Shown: positions 1-10,853, counted from the first letter of the stretch. The stretch is DNA of 64,000 nt from Alphaproteobacteria bacterium (GCA_964291415.2 OZ219917.1:672001-736000); one strand, 5' to 3'. Made by a program: numbers and translations. The notes: generated by a model from the sequence alone, not told the origin.

Positions 1-512
1 AGATGCAGCGCCAGTTGACGACAACGACGGTCTACGTGACCCACGACCAGGTCGAAGCCATGACGATGGGCGACCGGATCGCCGTCATGAACCGGGGCCG
101 GATCATGCAGGTCGGTGTTCCCACCGAACTCTACGAGCAGCCCGCAAACACCTTCGTGGCGGGTTTCATCGGCAGTCCGCGCATGAACCTCCTCGACGCG
201 AAGGACCTCCTCGGCGACGCCGCAACGGCGGTCGATCGCGGCCGTGGATCGACGCTCGGAATCCGGCCCGAGCACCTCCTGATCGGGTTGACCGAAGGCG
301 CGGTCCCCGTCGGTGAGGCAAGGGTCAACAGGATCGAGGACCTCGGCCACGAAGCGCTTGTCCATCTCCGCAATACCCGTGGCGCGAATCTCACCGTTCG
401 AACCAGCGGCGACATACGCGGTAGGGTCCGCGCCGGCGAGACGCTGTCGCTGGCACTCCGGCCGGAACGGCTGCACGCCTTCGACAACACGACCGGAGAA
501 CGCCTGTCATGA
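1..512 (+). CDS. Sugar ABC transporter ATP-binding protein (MalK/UgpC family), 5'-truncated by window edge
   Basis: [19 protein letters not shown] switch motif, [13 protein letters not shown]-terminal TOBE-like region; stop overlaps next ATG (ATGA). Confidence 0.9.
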   Translation, partial: MQRQLTTTTVYVTHDQVEAMTMGDRIAVMNRGRIMQVGVPTELYEQPANTFVAGFIGSPRMNLLDAKDLLGDAATAVDRGRGSTLGIRPEHLLIGLTEGAVPVGEARVNRIEDLGHEALVHLRNTRGANLTVRTSGDIRGRVRAGETLSLALRPERLHAFDNTTGERLS

Positions 513-1720
513 CAGACGACCCCTTCGCCCGATGGCACCTTACCCCGGTCATCAACGTTTCCGGGACGATGACGCGCATCGGCGCATCGAGGGTTCCCCA
601 GGACGTGCGGGCGTGCGTCGACCGGATCCTCGCATCCTTCGTCGACATGGATGAACTGCAGTCGCGCGCAGGCTCCGTCATCGCACGCGTGACCGGGGCC
701 GAAGCGGGATGTGTCGCCTCATGTTCCGCGTCCGCCATGACGCAAACGGTTGCCGCATGCCTCACAGGCGCGGAGCTTGCAAGGATCGAGGCGCTGCCTT
801 GTGTGGCCGGCGAGCGGCGTGTCCTGCTGCCCATGGGACACATGGTGAACTATGGCGCGCCGATCGATCAGGCGATCCGCCTTGCCGGCGCCGAGGTCGT
901 ACCCGTAGGCACCGCAGCCGCCTGCGAAACCTGGCACCTCGCCGACGCACTGGCCGCGGGTGCGGCGGCGGCCATGTACGTCGTCTCGCACCACACCGTG
1001 CGCGAAAACGAGCTTCCCATGGATGTCTTCATCAACCTCTGCCGCGAGCAAGGCGTACCGGTGATTGTCGACATGGCCTCGGAGTACGACCTGGCCGGAC
1101 CCATCGAACTCGGTGCATCCGCCGTGATCCATTCCGGCCACAAGTTCCTGTCGGGAGTCACCAGCGCCATCGTGGCCGGAAGCTCCGATCTCATACGTGC
1201 CACCTATCTTCAGCACCGCGGAATCGGGCGGACGATGAAGGCGGGCAAGGAGAGCGTGGTCGGCGCCATGGCAGCGCTCGAGTTGTGGGAGAAACGCGAT
1301 CATGAAGCCGTCCGGAAGACCGAGGAGGCGCGCGTGGCCCTCTGGATGCGCGAACTCGCGGACATGCCCGGCGTCGCCATTGCCAGCCATGCTGACTGGA
1401 CCGGCAACCCGATCACGCGGGTCCGCATCACCGTCACCCCCCGGAAGGCGGGTTTCCATGCCTGGGAACTGGCCGCCCGGCTTACCGGGCGGACACCCAG
1501 CATCGTGGTGCGCGACGATCTCGTCGAGCGGCAGGAACTCTACCTCGACCCCTGCAATCTGACCGACGCGGAAGCTGCTCTGGTGGCCGCCGCAATCCGG
1601 CAGGAAGCCGACCGCTTCCGGGCAGAGGGCGATGGCTGCCGCCAAGGCTGGAGCGATGTCAAGCGTGGCCGCGAGGCGGCGATCCTGGGCTGGTCGGGGA
1701 ATCGTGATGCCGACCCTTGA
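509..1720 (+). CDS. SelA-like PLP-dependent enzyme (DgaE/D-glucosaminate-6-phosphate ammonia-lyase family)
   Basis: [15 protein letters not shown]-terminus, [15 protein letters not shown] lysine, [11 protein letters not shown]; lacks the SelA N-terminal tRNA-binding region. Confidence 0.8.
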   Translation: MTDDPFARWHLTPVINVSGTMTRIGASRVPQDVRACVDRILASFVDMDELQSRAGSVIARVTGAEAGCVASCSASAMTQTVAACLTGAELARIEALPCVAGERRVLLPMGHMVNYGAPIDQAIRLAGAEVVPVGTAAACETWHLADALAAGAAAAMYVVSHHTVRENELPMDVFINLCREQGVPVIVDMASEYDLAGPIELGASAVIHSGHKFLSGVTSAIVAGSSDLIRATYLQHRGIGRTMKAGKESVVGAMAALELWEKRDHEAVRKTEEARVALWMRELADMPGVAIASHADWTGNPITRVRITVTPRKAGFHAWELAARLTGRTPSIVVRDDLVERQELYLDPCNLTDAEAALVAAAIRQEADRFRAEGDGCRQGWSDVKRGREAAILGWSGNRDADP

Positions 1721-1816
1721 CACGGACAGACCTCTGAACGGCACCGACGATCGGGGCGGCTGTTCGTCCTTCTTTGGCGAAGACGCCGCGGCACCCTCTG
1801 ACCTCCGGCACGGGAG

Positions 1817-2884
1817 ATGACCAGCTTGCCTCACGATCATGCCCGGGATCTTGCCTACGGCTTTCCGACCGTGTTCGGCCGCGGTTTGCTGGACGAGTTC
1901 CGCCACTTCGTCAATCCGCCGTTCCTCGTGGTCACGATGGACGATCTCTGGCCGCTCTTCTCGCGTCACTTTTCCGGTGCCGACTGCAGACCCTACTTCT
2001 GCGGGTCGATCGAGCAGGCCGACCTCGATCGGCAGGCCGCGAGCCTCGGCGAGGTGCGCGCAATCGTTGGACTCGGCGGGGGCCAGGCGCTGGATGTCGC
2101 GAAGTACTTCTCGTGGCGCCTGAACCTGCCGCTCTTCCAGGCGCCGACGGCCCTGTCGGTCAATGCCGTCTACGGCCAGCGTTCGGGCGTCCGGATCCAG
2201 GGGCGGGTCGCCTATCGCGGTTGGGCCGTGCCGCAGGCCATCTACATTGACTACGATGTTCTTGCCGGTTGTCCACCGGCGCTGAACTGGTCGGGAATCG
2301 GCGACATCCTCTGCTTTCACACCGGTGTTCTGGATTGGCGCTATGCCGAGAGGGAAGGGAAGATCGAGGAAAAGTGGCGGTTCGACGAGAATTTGGCCAG
2401 GCAGTCGCTGGTGAAGGTCAGAACGGTCGTCGGGAACGTCGACAACATCCGCGCCATGAACGACCGCGGTATCGACGCACTGGCCGACGGCCTGAAATGG
2501 GGCACGAGTTATCACGGGTCGGGATGGTGCCCCCGCCACATCGAGGGGACCGACCATTTCCTCTTCTACACACTGGAACAACTGACGGGGAAGAAGTTCC
2601 TCCACGGTCAGCCCGTGTGCCTCGGCGTCATTGTCGGCTCGATGCTGCACGATGTCGGAGCCGAGGAGATGCTCGATACCATCGCGGGCATCGGCCTCGA
2701 CATCCGCCCGGAGGCGATGGGCTTGACGTGGGACCAGCTCGAGGAAGGCCTGATGACGATGCGATCCTATGTCAACCACGTTGGACTCTGGCATTCCATA
2801 GCCCACGATGCCGTCCTGACGGCCGGTTTTGTCTCTGATCTGAAGGACCGCCTGGCACGCGCCTACGCGCATCGTGACCGGTGA
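1817..2884 (+). CDS. Metal-dependent polyol dehydrogenase (glycerol / glycerol-1-phosphate dehydrogenase family)
   Basis: GLGGGQALDVAK, PTALSVNA, GIGD, EGTDH and LHGQPV metal His motifs; GGGAG RBS. Confidence 0.75.
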   Translation: MTSLPHDHARDLAYGFPTVFGRGLLDEFRHFVNPPFLVVTMDDLWPLFSRHFSGADCRPYFCGSIEQADLDRQAASLGEVRAIVGLGGGQALDVAKYFSWRLNLPLFQAPTALSVNAVYGQRSGVRIQGRVAYRGWAVPQAIYIDYDVLAGCPPALNWSGIGDILCFHTGVLDWRYAEREGKIEEKWRFDENLARQSLVKVRTVVGNVDNIRAMNDRGIDALADGLKWGTSYHGSGWCPRHIEGTDHFLFYTLEQLTGKKFLHGQPVCLGVIVGSMLHDVGAEEMLDTIAGIGLDIRPEAMGLTWDQLEEGLMTMRSYVNHVGLWHSIAHDAVLTAGFVSDLKDRLARAYAHRDR

Positions 2885-2926
2885 CGGCACCGGTCAATTC
2901 CGGGGTGCCGCGCAAGGCAAGCGGAC

Positions 2927-3826
2927 TCATGGTTTGGGGGAGTTTTCCCTTCCGAGCCAGGCCGGATCGAATTCCGGTTCCGGCATTCCCCTGGACGGGC
3001 CACGCAGTACGAACGCATCGCCGTGCGGCGATCTCGGACCGTCGTCATCGTCCCGGGCCGCGCTGGTCGCAAGAAGCAGCGAGCCGTCCTCGCCGCCGAA
3101 GGCGCAGGACGTGACGTTGCCGGCCGGAAGCTCGATCGTCTCCACCATGGTCCCCGTGGGATCGTGAACGCTGATGCAACTTCCCTGCCAATGTGCGCTG
3201 TAGAGGCGACCGTCGCGGTCAGTGGTCATGCCGTCCGGCATGCCCGTGTCGGGCGGAACTGTTGCAAACAGGTCACGGTCGACCACACGTCCCGCGGAAT
3301 CGAGGGTGTAGCGCAGAATCCGGCCACTCACTGTGTCGGCGAAATACGCAGTCCTGCCATCGGGAGAGAATGCCGGGCCGTTCGCGACAACAAAGCCCTG
3401 ATCGACACGTTCGGCGCCGGCGGCGCTCACGCGGTGAAGTGAACCGATCGGATCGACTTCCCCGACATCCGACGTGCCGATCCAGAATGCCCCGTCAGGA
3501 GCGACCTTTCCGTCATTGAAGCAGGTGCCAGCGGCGGGGCGGAGCGGCGCCGGCAGTGGAGTTGTGGCGCCGCTTGCGGGATCGAGGCGCAGGAATTGCG
3601 TCGCCGTCACAAGCAGAACGAACCCGTCGTTCAGGCGCGCAAGGCACGCGAGGTTCTCGGCGTACCCGCTTGCGATCACCCGGTCGTTTCCATCTTGCGG
3701 ATCGAAGCGGTGAACCTCGCGTCCGTGAAGATCGAGCCACAGGAACGCGCCGGAAGCCGGCAACCACAGCGGCGCCTCTCCCAGATAGGCCGCGGCGGCG
3801 ATGTGGCGGACGATCCCGAACGGCAT
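2927..3826 (-). CDS. SMP-30/gluconolactonase/LRE family lactonase
   Basis: LGEAPLW, FNDGKV, NGPAFSPDG, GMPDGMTTD, VTSCAFGG motifs. Confidence 0.9.
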   Translation of the reverse strand: MPFGIVRHIAAAAYLGEAPLWLPASGAFLWLDLHGREVHRFDPQDGNDRVIASGYAENLACLARLNDGFVLLVTATQFLRLDPASGATTPLPAPLRPAAGTCFNDGKVAPDGAFWIGTSDVGEVDPIGSLHRVSAAGAERVDQGFVVANGPAFSPDGRTAYFADTVSGRILRYTLDSAGRVVDRDLFATVPPDTGMPDGMTTDRDGRLYSAHWQGSCISVHDPTGTMVETIELPAGNVTSCAFGGEDGSLLLATSAARDDDDGPRSPHGDAFVLRGPSRGMPEPEFDPAWLGRENSPKP

Positions 3827-3867
3827 TGTCAACAGCCTTCTGCGTGGCTCCAAATGCGCTTTACGCA

Positions 3868-3900
3868 TCGCATACAGTCTTATAGCATGACAGTATGCGA
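3868..3900. promoter_or_regulatory. Inverted repeat TCGCATAC-N17-GTATGCGA, candidate GntR operator
   Basis: Perfect 8-bp inverted repeat in the AT-richer gap between the divergent lactonase and GntR genes; overlaps the GntR start. Confidence 0.45.
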
Positions 3901-4626
3901 GATAGCGACCATGGGCTGACTCCGATCACGCCGATCCGCAGACGTCTTGTCACCGACGAGGTCATCGATCGGCTTATCCTCGCGATCGCCATTGGCGCGT
4001 TTCCACCCGGGCACCGTCTCGTCGAGGAGAATCTCGCCGCCGAGTTCGGCGTGAGCCGCGTTCCGATCCGTGAGGCCATGCGCGAGCTCTGGTTGCAGGG
4101 AATTCTGAGTTCCTCTCCGGGTCGCGGCTGGAGGGTCGCCGCCTTCGATGATCGCCAGATCCGGGAGGTATGCAGCGTGCGCATCCTGCTTGAGGCGTTG
4201 CTACTTGCCGAGACAATGCCCCGGTTGCGCTCCGATCCCTCCCGATTTGCGGAGATCGACAGAGCCCTGGACGCGATGCGCAAGGGCGCCGCGGACGGAC
4301 ATGTCGAGCAGGTCCAGCGCGCCGATGTCGAGTTTCACCGGGCCGCCCTATCGGTGGCCGGACATTCGCTGGGCCTTGGCATCTGGGAAGGCATCTCTCG
4401 CCAGGTTCTCATCATCTTCGGACTCGAGATCCGCAGCCATCCGGACCTCGACGCCGTCGTCGTGCAGCACGAGCAGCTTCGCCGTTTTCTGGCCGTGGGC
4501 GATCCCGCGGATCTGACGTCGGTGCTGCGCGAGCACATTGCCGGTTGGTGGTCGTCTTCGGACGATCAGCCGGAGCACCACAACGAAACAGATAACTGGG
4601 AGATCAAAAATGTTTCGATCGCTTGA
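3895..4626 (+). CDS. GntR/FCD family transcriptional regulator
   Basis: FPPGHRLVEENLAAEFGVSRVPIREA wHTH; ADVEFH and QHEQL FCD motifs. Confidence 0.9.
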   Translation: MRDSDHGLTPITPIRRRLVTDEVIDRLILAIAIGAFPPGHRLVEENLAAEFGVSRVPIREAMRELWLQGILSSSPGRGWRVAAFDDRQIREVCSVRILLEALLLAETMPRLRSDPSRFAEIDRALDAMRKGAADGHVEQVQRADVEFHRAALSVAGHSLGLGIWEGISRQVLIIFGLEIRSHPDLDAVVVQHEQLRRFLAVGDPADLTSVLREHIAGWWSSSDDQPEHHNETDNWEIKNVSIA

Positions 4627-5614
4627 ATGGAAACTGGCGGCGGCGCTCGTCCTGGCCGCGGGCACGCAGGCTTCGGCACAGGAAGTCCGGCTCTTCAGCT
4701 TTGAAGGCTATTCCGAACCGGAGTGGGTGGAACCCTTCACCGAGGCAACAGGTTGCGAGGTGAGCGTGGCCTACACCGGATCGGTGGACGAAATGTTCGC
4801 CAAGATGGTGGGAAGCGATGGCGCCGACTACGACCTGGTCTCAATCGATACCTCGATCGTCGAGCGCTATCTCGACCAGGGCCTGATCATTCCTTTCGAC
4901 ATGTCGCAGATACCCAACACCTCGAACCTGCTTCCCGCGTTCAGCTCGGTGGCGGAAGTCATGAGCGGCGGCGAAACATACGGAGTTCCGATCGCCTGGG
5001 GTTCGCTTGGCCTCATCTATGACAAGGAAGCGTTTCCGGACGGGGTGAGTTCCTGGGAAGCCCTGTGGAGTCCTGAGAACGCGGGACACGTGCTCGCGCT
5101 CGATGACGCCAACAACAACGTGACCAATGCGGCAATCGTTCTCGGACTCGAGGACCCGTTCAACCTCAGCGATGCCGACTTCGATGCCGTCAAGATGAAG
5201 CTGATCGAGCAGAAGCAGTACCTCATCAGCTACTACGCCGGATTCGAGGAAGGCGTGAACATGTGGGATTCGAGCGAGGCGACGCTGATGTTCTCGATGG
5301 GCGAGTTCCAGACCGTCGCACTCGCCAATCGCGGCTACGACGTGGTGTACTCGATCCCGGATGAGGGCGGCATCGGCTGGCTCGACACGTGGGCCCTCTC
5401 CAAGGGAGTGAAGGACTCCGAGTGCGCGCATCAGTGGGTCAATCACTACCTCAACGGCGAGACGGGCCCGGCCATGACCGCGAAGAACGGATACGGAAAC
5501 ACGACGAACGAAAGTCCCGGACTCGACTACGCCGACAAGTTGGTGTGGCTCCGGCCGGTTGAGGATTTCGACCGCCGGGTGAGTGTCTGGAACGAGGTCA
5601 AGGCCGCGCAGTAA
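4610..5614 (+). CDS. PotD/PotF-type ABC substrate-binding protein
   Basis: Sec signal peptide (AAGTQASA-Q), YGVPIAWGSLGLIYD, IPDEGGIGWLDTWAL; GGGAG RBS. Confidence 0.85.
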   Translation: MFRSLEWKLAAALVLAAGTQASAQEVRLFSFEGYSEPEWVEPFTEATGCEVSVAYTGSVDEMFAKMVGSDGADYDLVSIDTSIVERYLDQGLIIPFDMSQIPNTSNLLPAFSSVAEVMSGGETYGVPIAWGSLGLIYDKEAFPDGVSSWEALWSPENAGHVLALDDANNNVTNAAIVLGLEDPFNLSDADFDAVKMKLIEQKQYLISYYAGFEEGVNMWDSSEATLMFSMGEFQTVALANRGYDVVYSIPDEGGIGWLDTWALSKGVKDSECAHQWVNHYLNGETGPAMTAKNGYGNTTNESPGLDYADKLVWLRPVEDFDRRVSVWNEVKAAQ

Positions 5615-5630
5615 CAGTGACAGAGGGGTT

Positions 5631-5706
5631 GACGGGCATGCTGTGAGGGATGCCCGTCGCCTGTCATGGTGTCCAGGCCGGTTGATCCGGGTTTGGCCTC
5701 AACCGG
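5631..5706 (+). other. Two GC-rich stem-loops after the binding-protein gene
   Basis: GACGGGCAT/ATGCCCGTC (9 bp) and CCGGTTGA/TCAACCGG (8 bp); no U tract. Confidence 0.5.
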
Positions 5707-5802
5707 GTTCGCACCAGCACAGCGTACCCACGGTTCTCACGAAAGCCGGCATCCCGGTTGCCGTTCGGGTGACCTGCGTGTCGGCAAGGGGGAGCGCGGC
5801 AA

Positions 5803-6972
5803 GTGAAGATCACCGACATCGCGTGTCACGTTCTGGTCGCCGACGACGTCGACCCGGGTCTGACGTCCTCGGCCCAGGACAGCCTGCTTGTCGTCGTTAC
5901 CACTGACGAGGGCCTCGAGGGTTACGGCGAAAGCGATCTCAACCCGTGGATCGGACGTGCCTGCATTGAAGCTTCCGGCACGCACACCATGGGTCTCGGC
6001 ATGGCGGAATTGCTGAAGGGCAGGGACCCTCGCGACGTCGAGGCGCTCTGGGATCACGTCTACACGATGACGGCGATGAACGGACGCCGTGGAGCGGTGA
6101 TCCACGCCCTCGGCGCTGTCGAGATGGCACTCCGGGATCTTGCCGGAAAGATCGCGGGTGAGCCGTTGTGGAAGCTACTCGGTGAACCTCGCCCGACCCC
6201 GCTTGTTCCCTATGCATCCCTGCAGCCGGCCGGCAGCTGTTTCGAGGCCTACCGTGATGCGCTCTGCAAGTCGGCCGAGAATGCGAAGAAGCTCGGCTTC
6301 AAGGCCGTCAAGGCCGAGTGCACCATGGCCGGTCCCTACGCTCACGACGGCATGAACGAGAGCTACGATCGCCATACGGAGGTTGTGGCGGCGGTGCGCC
6401 GGACACTTGGACCAGACATGACGCTGATGGTGGACGTGCAGTACCTGTGGCGCGATGCCGAGACGGCATGGTCGGTCCTGCGTGACTGGGAAGAATTCGA
6501 CCTCTACTTTGTCGAGACGCCGATCTGGCCTGACTTCCTCGACGAACACGCCAGGCTGGCGGCCCGGGCGCCCTTCCGGATCGCCTCGGGGGAATGGCTG
6601 TCGACCCGCTGGGAGTTCGAGGATCTGATCGAGCGCGGCCGGATCGGTGTCGTCCAGCCGGACGTCGGGCGCGTGGGCGGCGTGGGAGAGGCGCGTGCGG
6701 TATGCGCGATGGCGGCAGAAAGGAACCTTCCGGTAGTCCCGCACTGCTGGAAGACGGGTGTGTCGCTGTCCGCCACCGCCCATCTCGCCTTTGCAACCCC
6801 CGGGATCGCATTCATCGAATATCTTCCCCCGCAGCTGTGCATCGAGAAGCTCCGTCGTGAACTCGCGGTGGAGGATCTCGTTCTGGAGAACGGCGAAATC
6901 CTTCGTCCCACACGGCCGGGACTCGGGGTGGAGGTCAACTGGGACGCCGTGCGCGCCTATGGTCGTCCCTGA
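5803..6972 (+). CDS. Mandelate racemase/muconate lactonizing (enolase superfamily) enzyme
   Basis: VTTDEGLEGYGE, DLAGK..GEPLWKLLG, metal ligands in MVD, FVETP and SGEW, QPDVGRVGG, VVPH, PGLGVEVN. Confidence 0.9.
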   Translation: MKITDIACHVLVADDVDPGLTSSAQDSLLVVVTTDEGLEGYGESDLNPWIGRACIEASGTHTMGLGMAELLKGRDPRDVEALWDHVYTMTAMNGRRGAVIHALGAVEMALRDLAGKIAGEPLWKLLGEPRPTPLVPYASLQPAGSCFEAYRDALCKSAENAKKLGFKAVKAECTMAGPYAHDGMNESYDRHTEVVAAVRRTLGPDMTLMVDVQYLWRDAETAWSVLRDWEEFDLYFVETPIWPDFLDEHARLAARAPFRIASGEWLSTRWEFEDLIERGRIGVVQPDVGRVGGVGEARAVCAMAAERNLPVVPHCWKTGVSLSATAHLAFATPGIAFIEYLPPQLCIEKLRRELAVEDLVLENGEILRPTRPGLGVEVNWDAVRAYGRP

Positions 6973-6991
6973 CGCCGACAGCAGGTACGAG

Positions 6992-8083
6992 ATGGCAGGC
7001 GACAGGACGCCGCTTCTGCGAATCCGCGGACTGGGTGTCCGCTTTCAGGACTTCGAGGCCATTCGTCCTCTCGACCTTGACGTCCTGAACGGTGAGTTCC
7101 TGACCGTGCTCGGCCCCTCGGGGTCGGGGAAGACCACGCTGCTGCGCACGATTGCCGGATTTCAGCAGCCCACGTCCGGACGCATCGAGTTCGACGGGCG
7201 CGACATCGCCGACCTGCCGATCAACCGCCGTCCCTTCAACACCGTTTTCCAGGACTATGCGCTCTTCCCCCACATGACAGTGCAGGAAAACGTCGCGTTC
7301 GGCCTGCGGGTGCGAGGTGTTGCCCGGGCGACGCGCGATGCGCGGGTCAGGGACGCACTCGGTATTGTCGAACTCGATGATCTCGGCAATCGCTATCCGG
7401 CACAACTGAGTGGCGGACAGCAGCAGAGAACCGCGCTCGCACGCGCCATGATCTGCGAACCGCGTCTCATCCTGCTCGACGAGCCGCTCGCCGCCCTCGA
7501 TGCGACATTGCGGCGCCAGATGCAGAAATTCCTGAAAGTCGTGCAGCGGCGCAGCGGCATCACCTTCGTCTTCGTCACTCACGATCAGTCCGAAGCCATC
7601 ACAGTGTCTGATCGCATCTGCGTGATGCGGTCCGGACGCATCGAGCAGATCGGCACGCCCAGAGATCTCTACTATCGGCCGGGCAGCCGCTTCGTTGCCG
7701 CGTTTTTCGGGGCGAGCAACATTCTCGAGCCGTGCCGCATCGAAAGCGCCGGGGAGGCCACGACAACGGTCTCGACCCCCTTCGGCACGATGAGAGTCGA
7801 TGGTCCTCCACCACGGGCACGGGAAGGGCTCGTGCTGGCGGTGCGCCCGGAAGCTCTCGTTCCGGCCGCCGACGATACTTGCAACCGGATCGAGTGCGAG
7901 GTGGTCTCGGTTTCGTTCGTCGGCTCGGAAACAATCACCGAACTGAAGCACCCTCGGGCGCGTCATGTCCTGACGATGAAGACACGCAGCAATCCCACGG
8001 CTCGACATCCCGTTGTCGGTTCCCGCCTCGAAGTCGGTTTCGATGCCGCCGCGTGCGCGCTGGTCAAGGGGGCACAGGAGTGA
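6992..8083 (+). CDS. PotA-type ABC transporter ATP-binding protein
   Basis: GPSGSGKTT, NTVFQDYALFPHM, LSGGQQQR, LLDEP. Confidence 0.92.
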   Translation: MAGDRTPLLRIRGLGVRFQDFEAIRPLDLDVLNGEFLTVLGPSGSGKTTLLRTIAGFQQPTSGRIEFDGRDIADLPINRRPFNTVFQDYALFPHMTVQENVAFGLRVRGVARATRDARVRDALGIVELDDLGNRYPAQLSGGQQQRTALARAMICEPRLILLDEPLAALDATLRRQMQKFLKVVQRRSGITFVFVTHDQSEAITVSDRICVMRSGRIEQIGTPRDLYYRPGSRFVAAFFGASNILEPCRIESAGEATTTVSTPFGTMRVDGPPPRAREGLVLAVRPEALVPAADDTCNRIECEVVSVSFVGSETITELKHPRARHVLTMKTRSNPTARHPVVGSRLEVGFDAAACALVKGAQE

Positions 8084-8931
8084 CACGAGAGCGCATGACC
8101 GGGTATGTGCCGGGCGCAACCGTGCTCTGGGCCATCTGCATCCTCTTCATCCTGGTCCCGCTTGCGAGTTTCCTCGCCTACGGCTTTCTGCCGGTGGTGG
8201 ACAACGCCGTGGTCTATGAGCCGACGCTCGACAATTTCGTCAACATTGTCTCCAACGCCTCCTATCGGACCACTTTCCTGCGCACGATGCAGCTGGCTCT
8301 CGAGGTTTCGGTCTTCAACTTTGTGCTCGGCTACGCGACGGCGTACTTCATCTGGCGACGCCCGCCTGCCTGGCGGAACGCCCTTGTCATCGCTCTCGCA
8401 ATCCCGCTTCTGATGAGCTACATCATCAAGATCTATGCGATGCGCGGCGTGCTCGGAACCAACGGTCTTCTGAACAGCGCATTGCTTGCGCTCGGCCTGG
8501 TCGACGAGCCGGTGAGCGCCTTGCTCTTCAACCTTACAGCCGTGCGGATCACGCTCAGCGTCGTTCTCCTGCCCTTCATGGTGTTGCCGATCTGCGTGGC
8601 GCTGGAGCGCATCGCTCCCCAGGTCCTGCAGGCCGCGGCCGATCTTGGCGCCAGTGAGATCCAGACATTCCGCTGGGTCATCATGCCGCTCAGCCTTCCG
8701 GGCGCCATCGTGGGGGCGATGTTCACCTTTGTTCTCGCCAGCGGCGACTTCCTGGCGCCGGAACTCGTGGGCGGGATCGAAGGGTTCACATACGGAAGGC
8801 TGGTGTTCAGCCAGTTCGGGCTGGCCTTCAACTGGCCGCTGGGGGCCGCACTGTCGGTCCTCTTGCTGGTGGTCGCGCTGGCGGTGATTTCCGTCGCGCG
8901 CCGTCTCTCGAACCCGCGCTGGCAATCATGA
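8080..8931 (+). CDS. PotB-type ABC permease
   Basis: Multiple TM segments, AAADLGA..QTFRWVIMPLSLPG EAA loop; GTGA overlap with the ATPase. Confidence 0.9.
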   Translation: MTRERMTGYVPGATVLWAICILFILVPLASFLAYGFLPVVDNAVVYEPTLDNFVNIVSNASYRTTFLRTMQLALEVSVFNFVLGYATAYFIWRRPPAWRNALVIALAIPLLMSYIIKIYAMRGVLGTNGLLNSALLALGLVDEPVSALLFNLTAVRITLSVVLLPFMVLPICVALERIAPQVLQAAADLGASEIQTFRWVIMPLSLPGAIVGAMFTFVLASGDFLAPELVGGIEGFTYGRLVFSQFGLAFNWPLGAALSVLLLVVALAVISVARRLSNPRWQS

Positions 8932-9749
8932 TGCGCAATCGGTTCATTGACGTCCCCCTCGCTGCGGTCGCGGTGCTGGTTTACGTGTCGCTCTATCTGC
9001 CGATCCTGCTCGTCTTCCTTCTTTCCTTCTTCTCGATGAGGCGCGGCAAGGTGAACTGGGATTCCTTTTCCCTGTCGTGGTACGCGAAGCTCTTCGAGAA
9101 CGACGCACTTGGCGGGGCCCTGTGGAACTCGCTCCTTGTCGGAAGCCTCGCGGTGATGGCGGCCGCCTGCTTCGCGACGTCCGCGGCGATCCTCGTCAGG
9201 TCCCGGCCCGACAGGCATTCGGCGCGATTGCTCGAATACGTGATTTTCCTGCCCTTCCTGCTGCCACCCATCATCACGGGCCTCTCGCTGCTCATCTATT
9301 TCCGGGAAGCGGGCGTTGGCCGTGGCATTTTCACGATCACGGTCGGCCACACCCTCTTCGTTTCGGCTATCATTTATCGCATCGTGCTGACACGCCTGAA
9401 CGCCCTCAGCCGAAACCTCGTGGAGGCTGCCCTGGACCTGGGTGCCACCCGCTTGCAGACCTTTCGCTTCATCATACTGCCGAACCTGCGCATGCCGCTC
9501 CTGACCGGCGGGCTGCTCGCCTTTGCCCTGTCCTTCGACGAGACGATGATCACCCTGTTTGTCAGTGGAACGGACGCCACCTTGCCGGTGCGTCTCTATG
9601 CGATGATGCGGGTCGGCTTCACCCCGACGATCAACGCCTTGGTCACTCTCATACTCGGGTTTTCGATTCTCCTGACCGTCGCGGTGGCCCTGGCGTGGCG
9701 TCGGAACGCCGGACCCGCAGGGACGACTTCTCGTGAAAGGAGAACGTGA
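8928..9749 (+). CDS. PotC-type ABC permease
   Basis: LYLPI, SLSWY, EAALDLGA, FALSFDE, TLPV, TPTINAL. Confidence 0.9.
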   Translation: MMRNRFIDVPLAAVAVLVYVSLYLPILLVFLLSFFSMRRGKVNWDSFSLSWYAKLFENDALGGALWNSLLVGSLAVMAAACFATSAAILVRSRPDRHSARLLEYVIFLPFLLPPIITGLSLLIYFREAGVGRGIFTITVGHTLFVSAIIYRIVLTRLNALSRNLVEAALDLGATRLQTFRFIILPNLRMPLLTGGLLAFALSFDETMITLFVSGTDATLPVRLYAMMRVGFTPTINALVTLILGFSILLTVAVALAWRRNAGPAGTTSRERRT

Positions 9750-9750
9750 C

Positions 9751-10527
9751 ATGAAACGCTTCGAGGATGAGGTGGCGCTCGTCACCGGCGCCGCGCGGGG
9801 CATCGGTCTTGCGATTGCAACACGTCTGCTGGCGGAGGGCGGACATGTCATCCTCGCCGACATCGATGGTGACGAGGCGCAACGGGCCGTCGATCGGTTG
9901 CCGGCCGACGATGTGGCCCGAGCGACCTCCGTCACCCTGGACATCACCGATCAGGCCGCCTGCCAGCGTACCATCGACGGCATCAGCGAGGAGCACGGGC
10001 ATCTCGACGTGCTCGTCAACAATGCCGCGATCCTCGATATCAGCCCGATCGGGGACCTGACGATCGAGCATTTCCGCAAGGTGACGCGAACCAATCTCGA
10101 CGGTGCGCTGGTCTGCACGCTTGCCGCCCTGCCTCTGATGGAGCGAAGCGGCGGACGCATTCTGATGACGGCGAGCATCATGGGCCTATTCGGCTCCCCG
10201 GACTCACTTCCCTACAGCAGCGCCAAGGGAGGAATCGTGAACATGGTCCGTGCGCTTGCATGCGATCTGGCACCACGGGGGATGACCGTGAATGCCATCG
10301 CCCCGGGTTTCATCGACACCCGCATGGCCCGTCTCCCCGACGGCAGCCACGAACACGATACCGAGTACTTCAAGACGGTGTATCTGGAGTACCGCAAGAT
10401 CCCGCTCGGCCGGACCGGCTGTCCGGAAGACCTCGCCGGGCCGGCGGCCTTTCTCGTCTCGTCCGACGCCGCCTACATCACCGGCCAGGTCCTCGTGGTG
10501 GATGGCGGCGTCACCGCCACCTTCTGA
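9751..10527 (+). CDS. Short-chain dehydrogenase/reductase, copy 1
   Basis: TGAARGIG, NNA, YSSAK, PGFIDT, VDGG. Confidence 0.92.
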   Translation: MKRFEDEVALVTGAARGIGLAIATRLLAEGGHVILADIDGDEAQRAVDRLPADDVARATSVTLDITDQAACQRTIDGISEEHGHLDVLVNNAAILDISPIGDLTIEHFRKVTRTNLDGALVCTLAALPLMERSGGRILMTASIMGLFGSPDSLPYSSAKGGIVNMVRALACDLAPRGMTVNAIAPGFIDTRMARLPDGSHEHDTEYFKTVYLEYRKIPLGRTGCPEDLAGPAAFLVSSDAAYITGQVLVVDGGVTATF

Positions 10528-10658
10528 CACCGGCGCAATGCAAGGACGGCCCTGCTGCGCAAGGTGACGTCGATCACCCGACCGGGGCAGCCTGATTTCC
10601 TGGCACGTTCGTTCGCGATCTAGGCGAAGGCCCCGCCCACAACGGAGTTCTACCGAAT

Positions 10659-10853
10659 TCAGGCCGCTGGCGGCATGTTTTCGCAGGGGGAGGAAGATGA
10701 CAAAGCGTTCGCGAATGGCAGCATCGGTGGCTTCCCGAATGTCAGCCGGACAATGCGAGGCGAGAAGCGTGTCCTTGCGTCCGATTGCCTTCGACACGAG
10801 ATCGCGACAGTCGTTCTCCAGCCATTCCTTCGGGCTTGATCGGTCGCCGACCG
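10659..10853 (-). pseudogene. Decayed duplicate of the 3' end of the MttB-family gene
   Basis: Encodes DRSSPKEWLEND and SKAIGRKDTLLASHCPADIREATDAAIRERF..FLP, matching the C-terminus of 12002-13585, with indels. Confidence 0.85.

Noticed and set aside
509-1720. Selenocysteine synthase SelA and a Sec system
   Set aside because: Short DgaE-type protein; no selB, selD or tRNA-Sec seen, and no in-frame UGA candidates noticed
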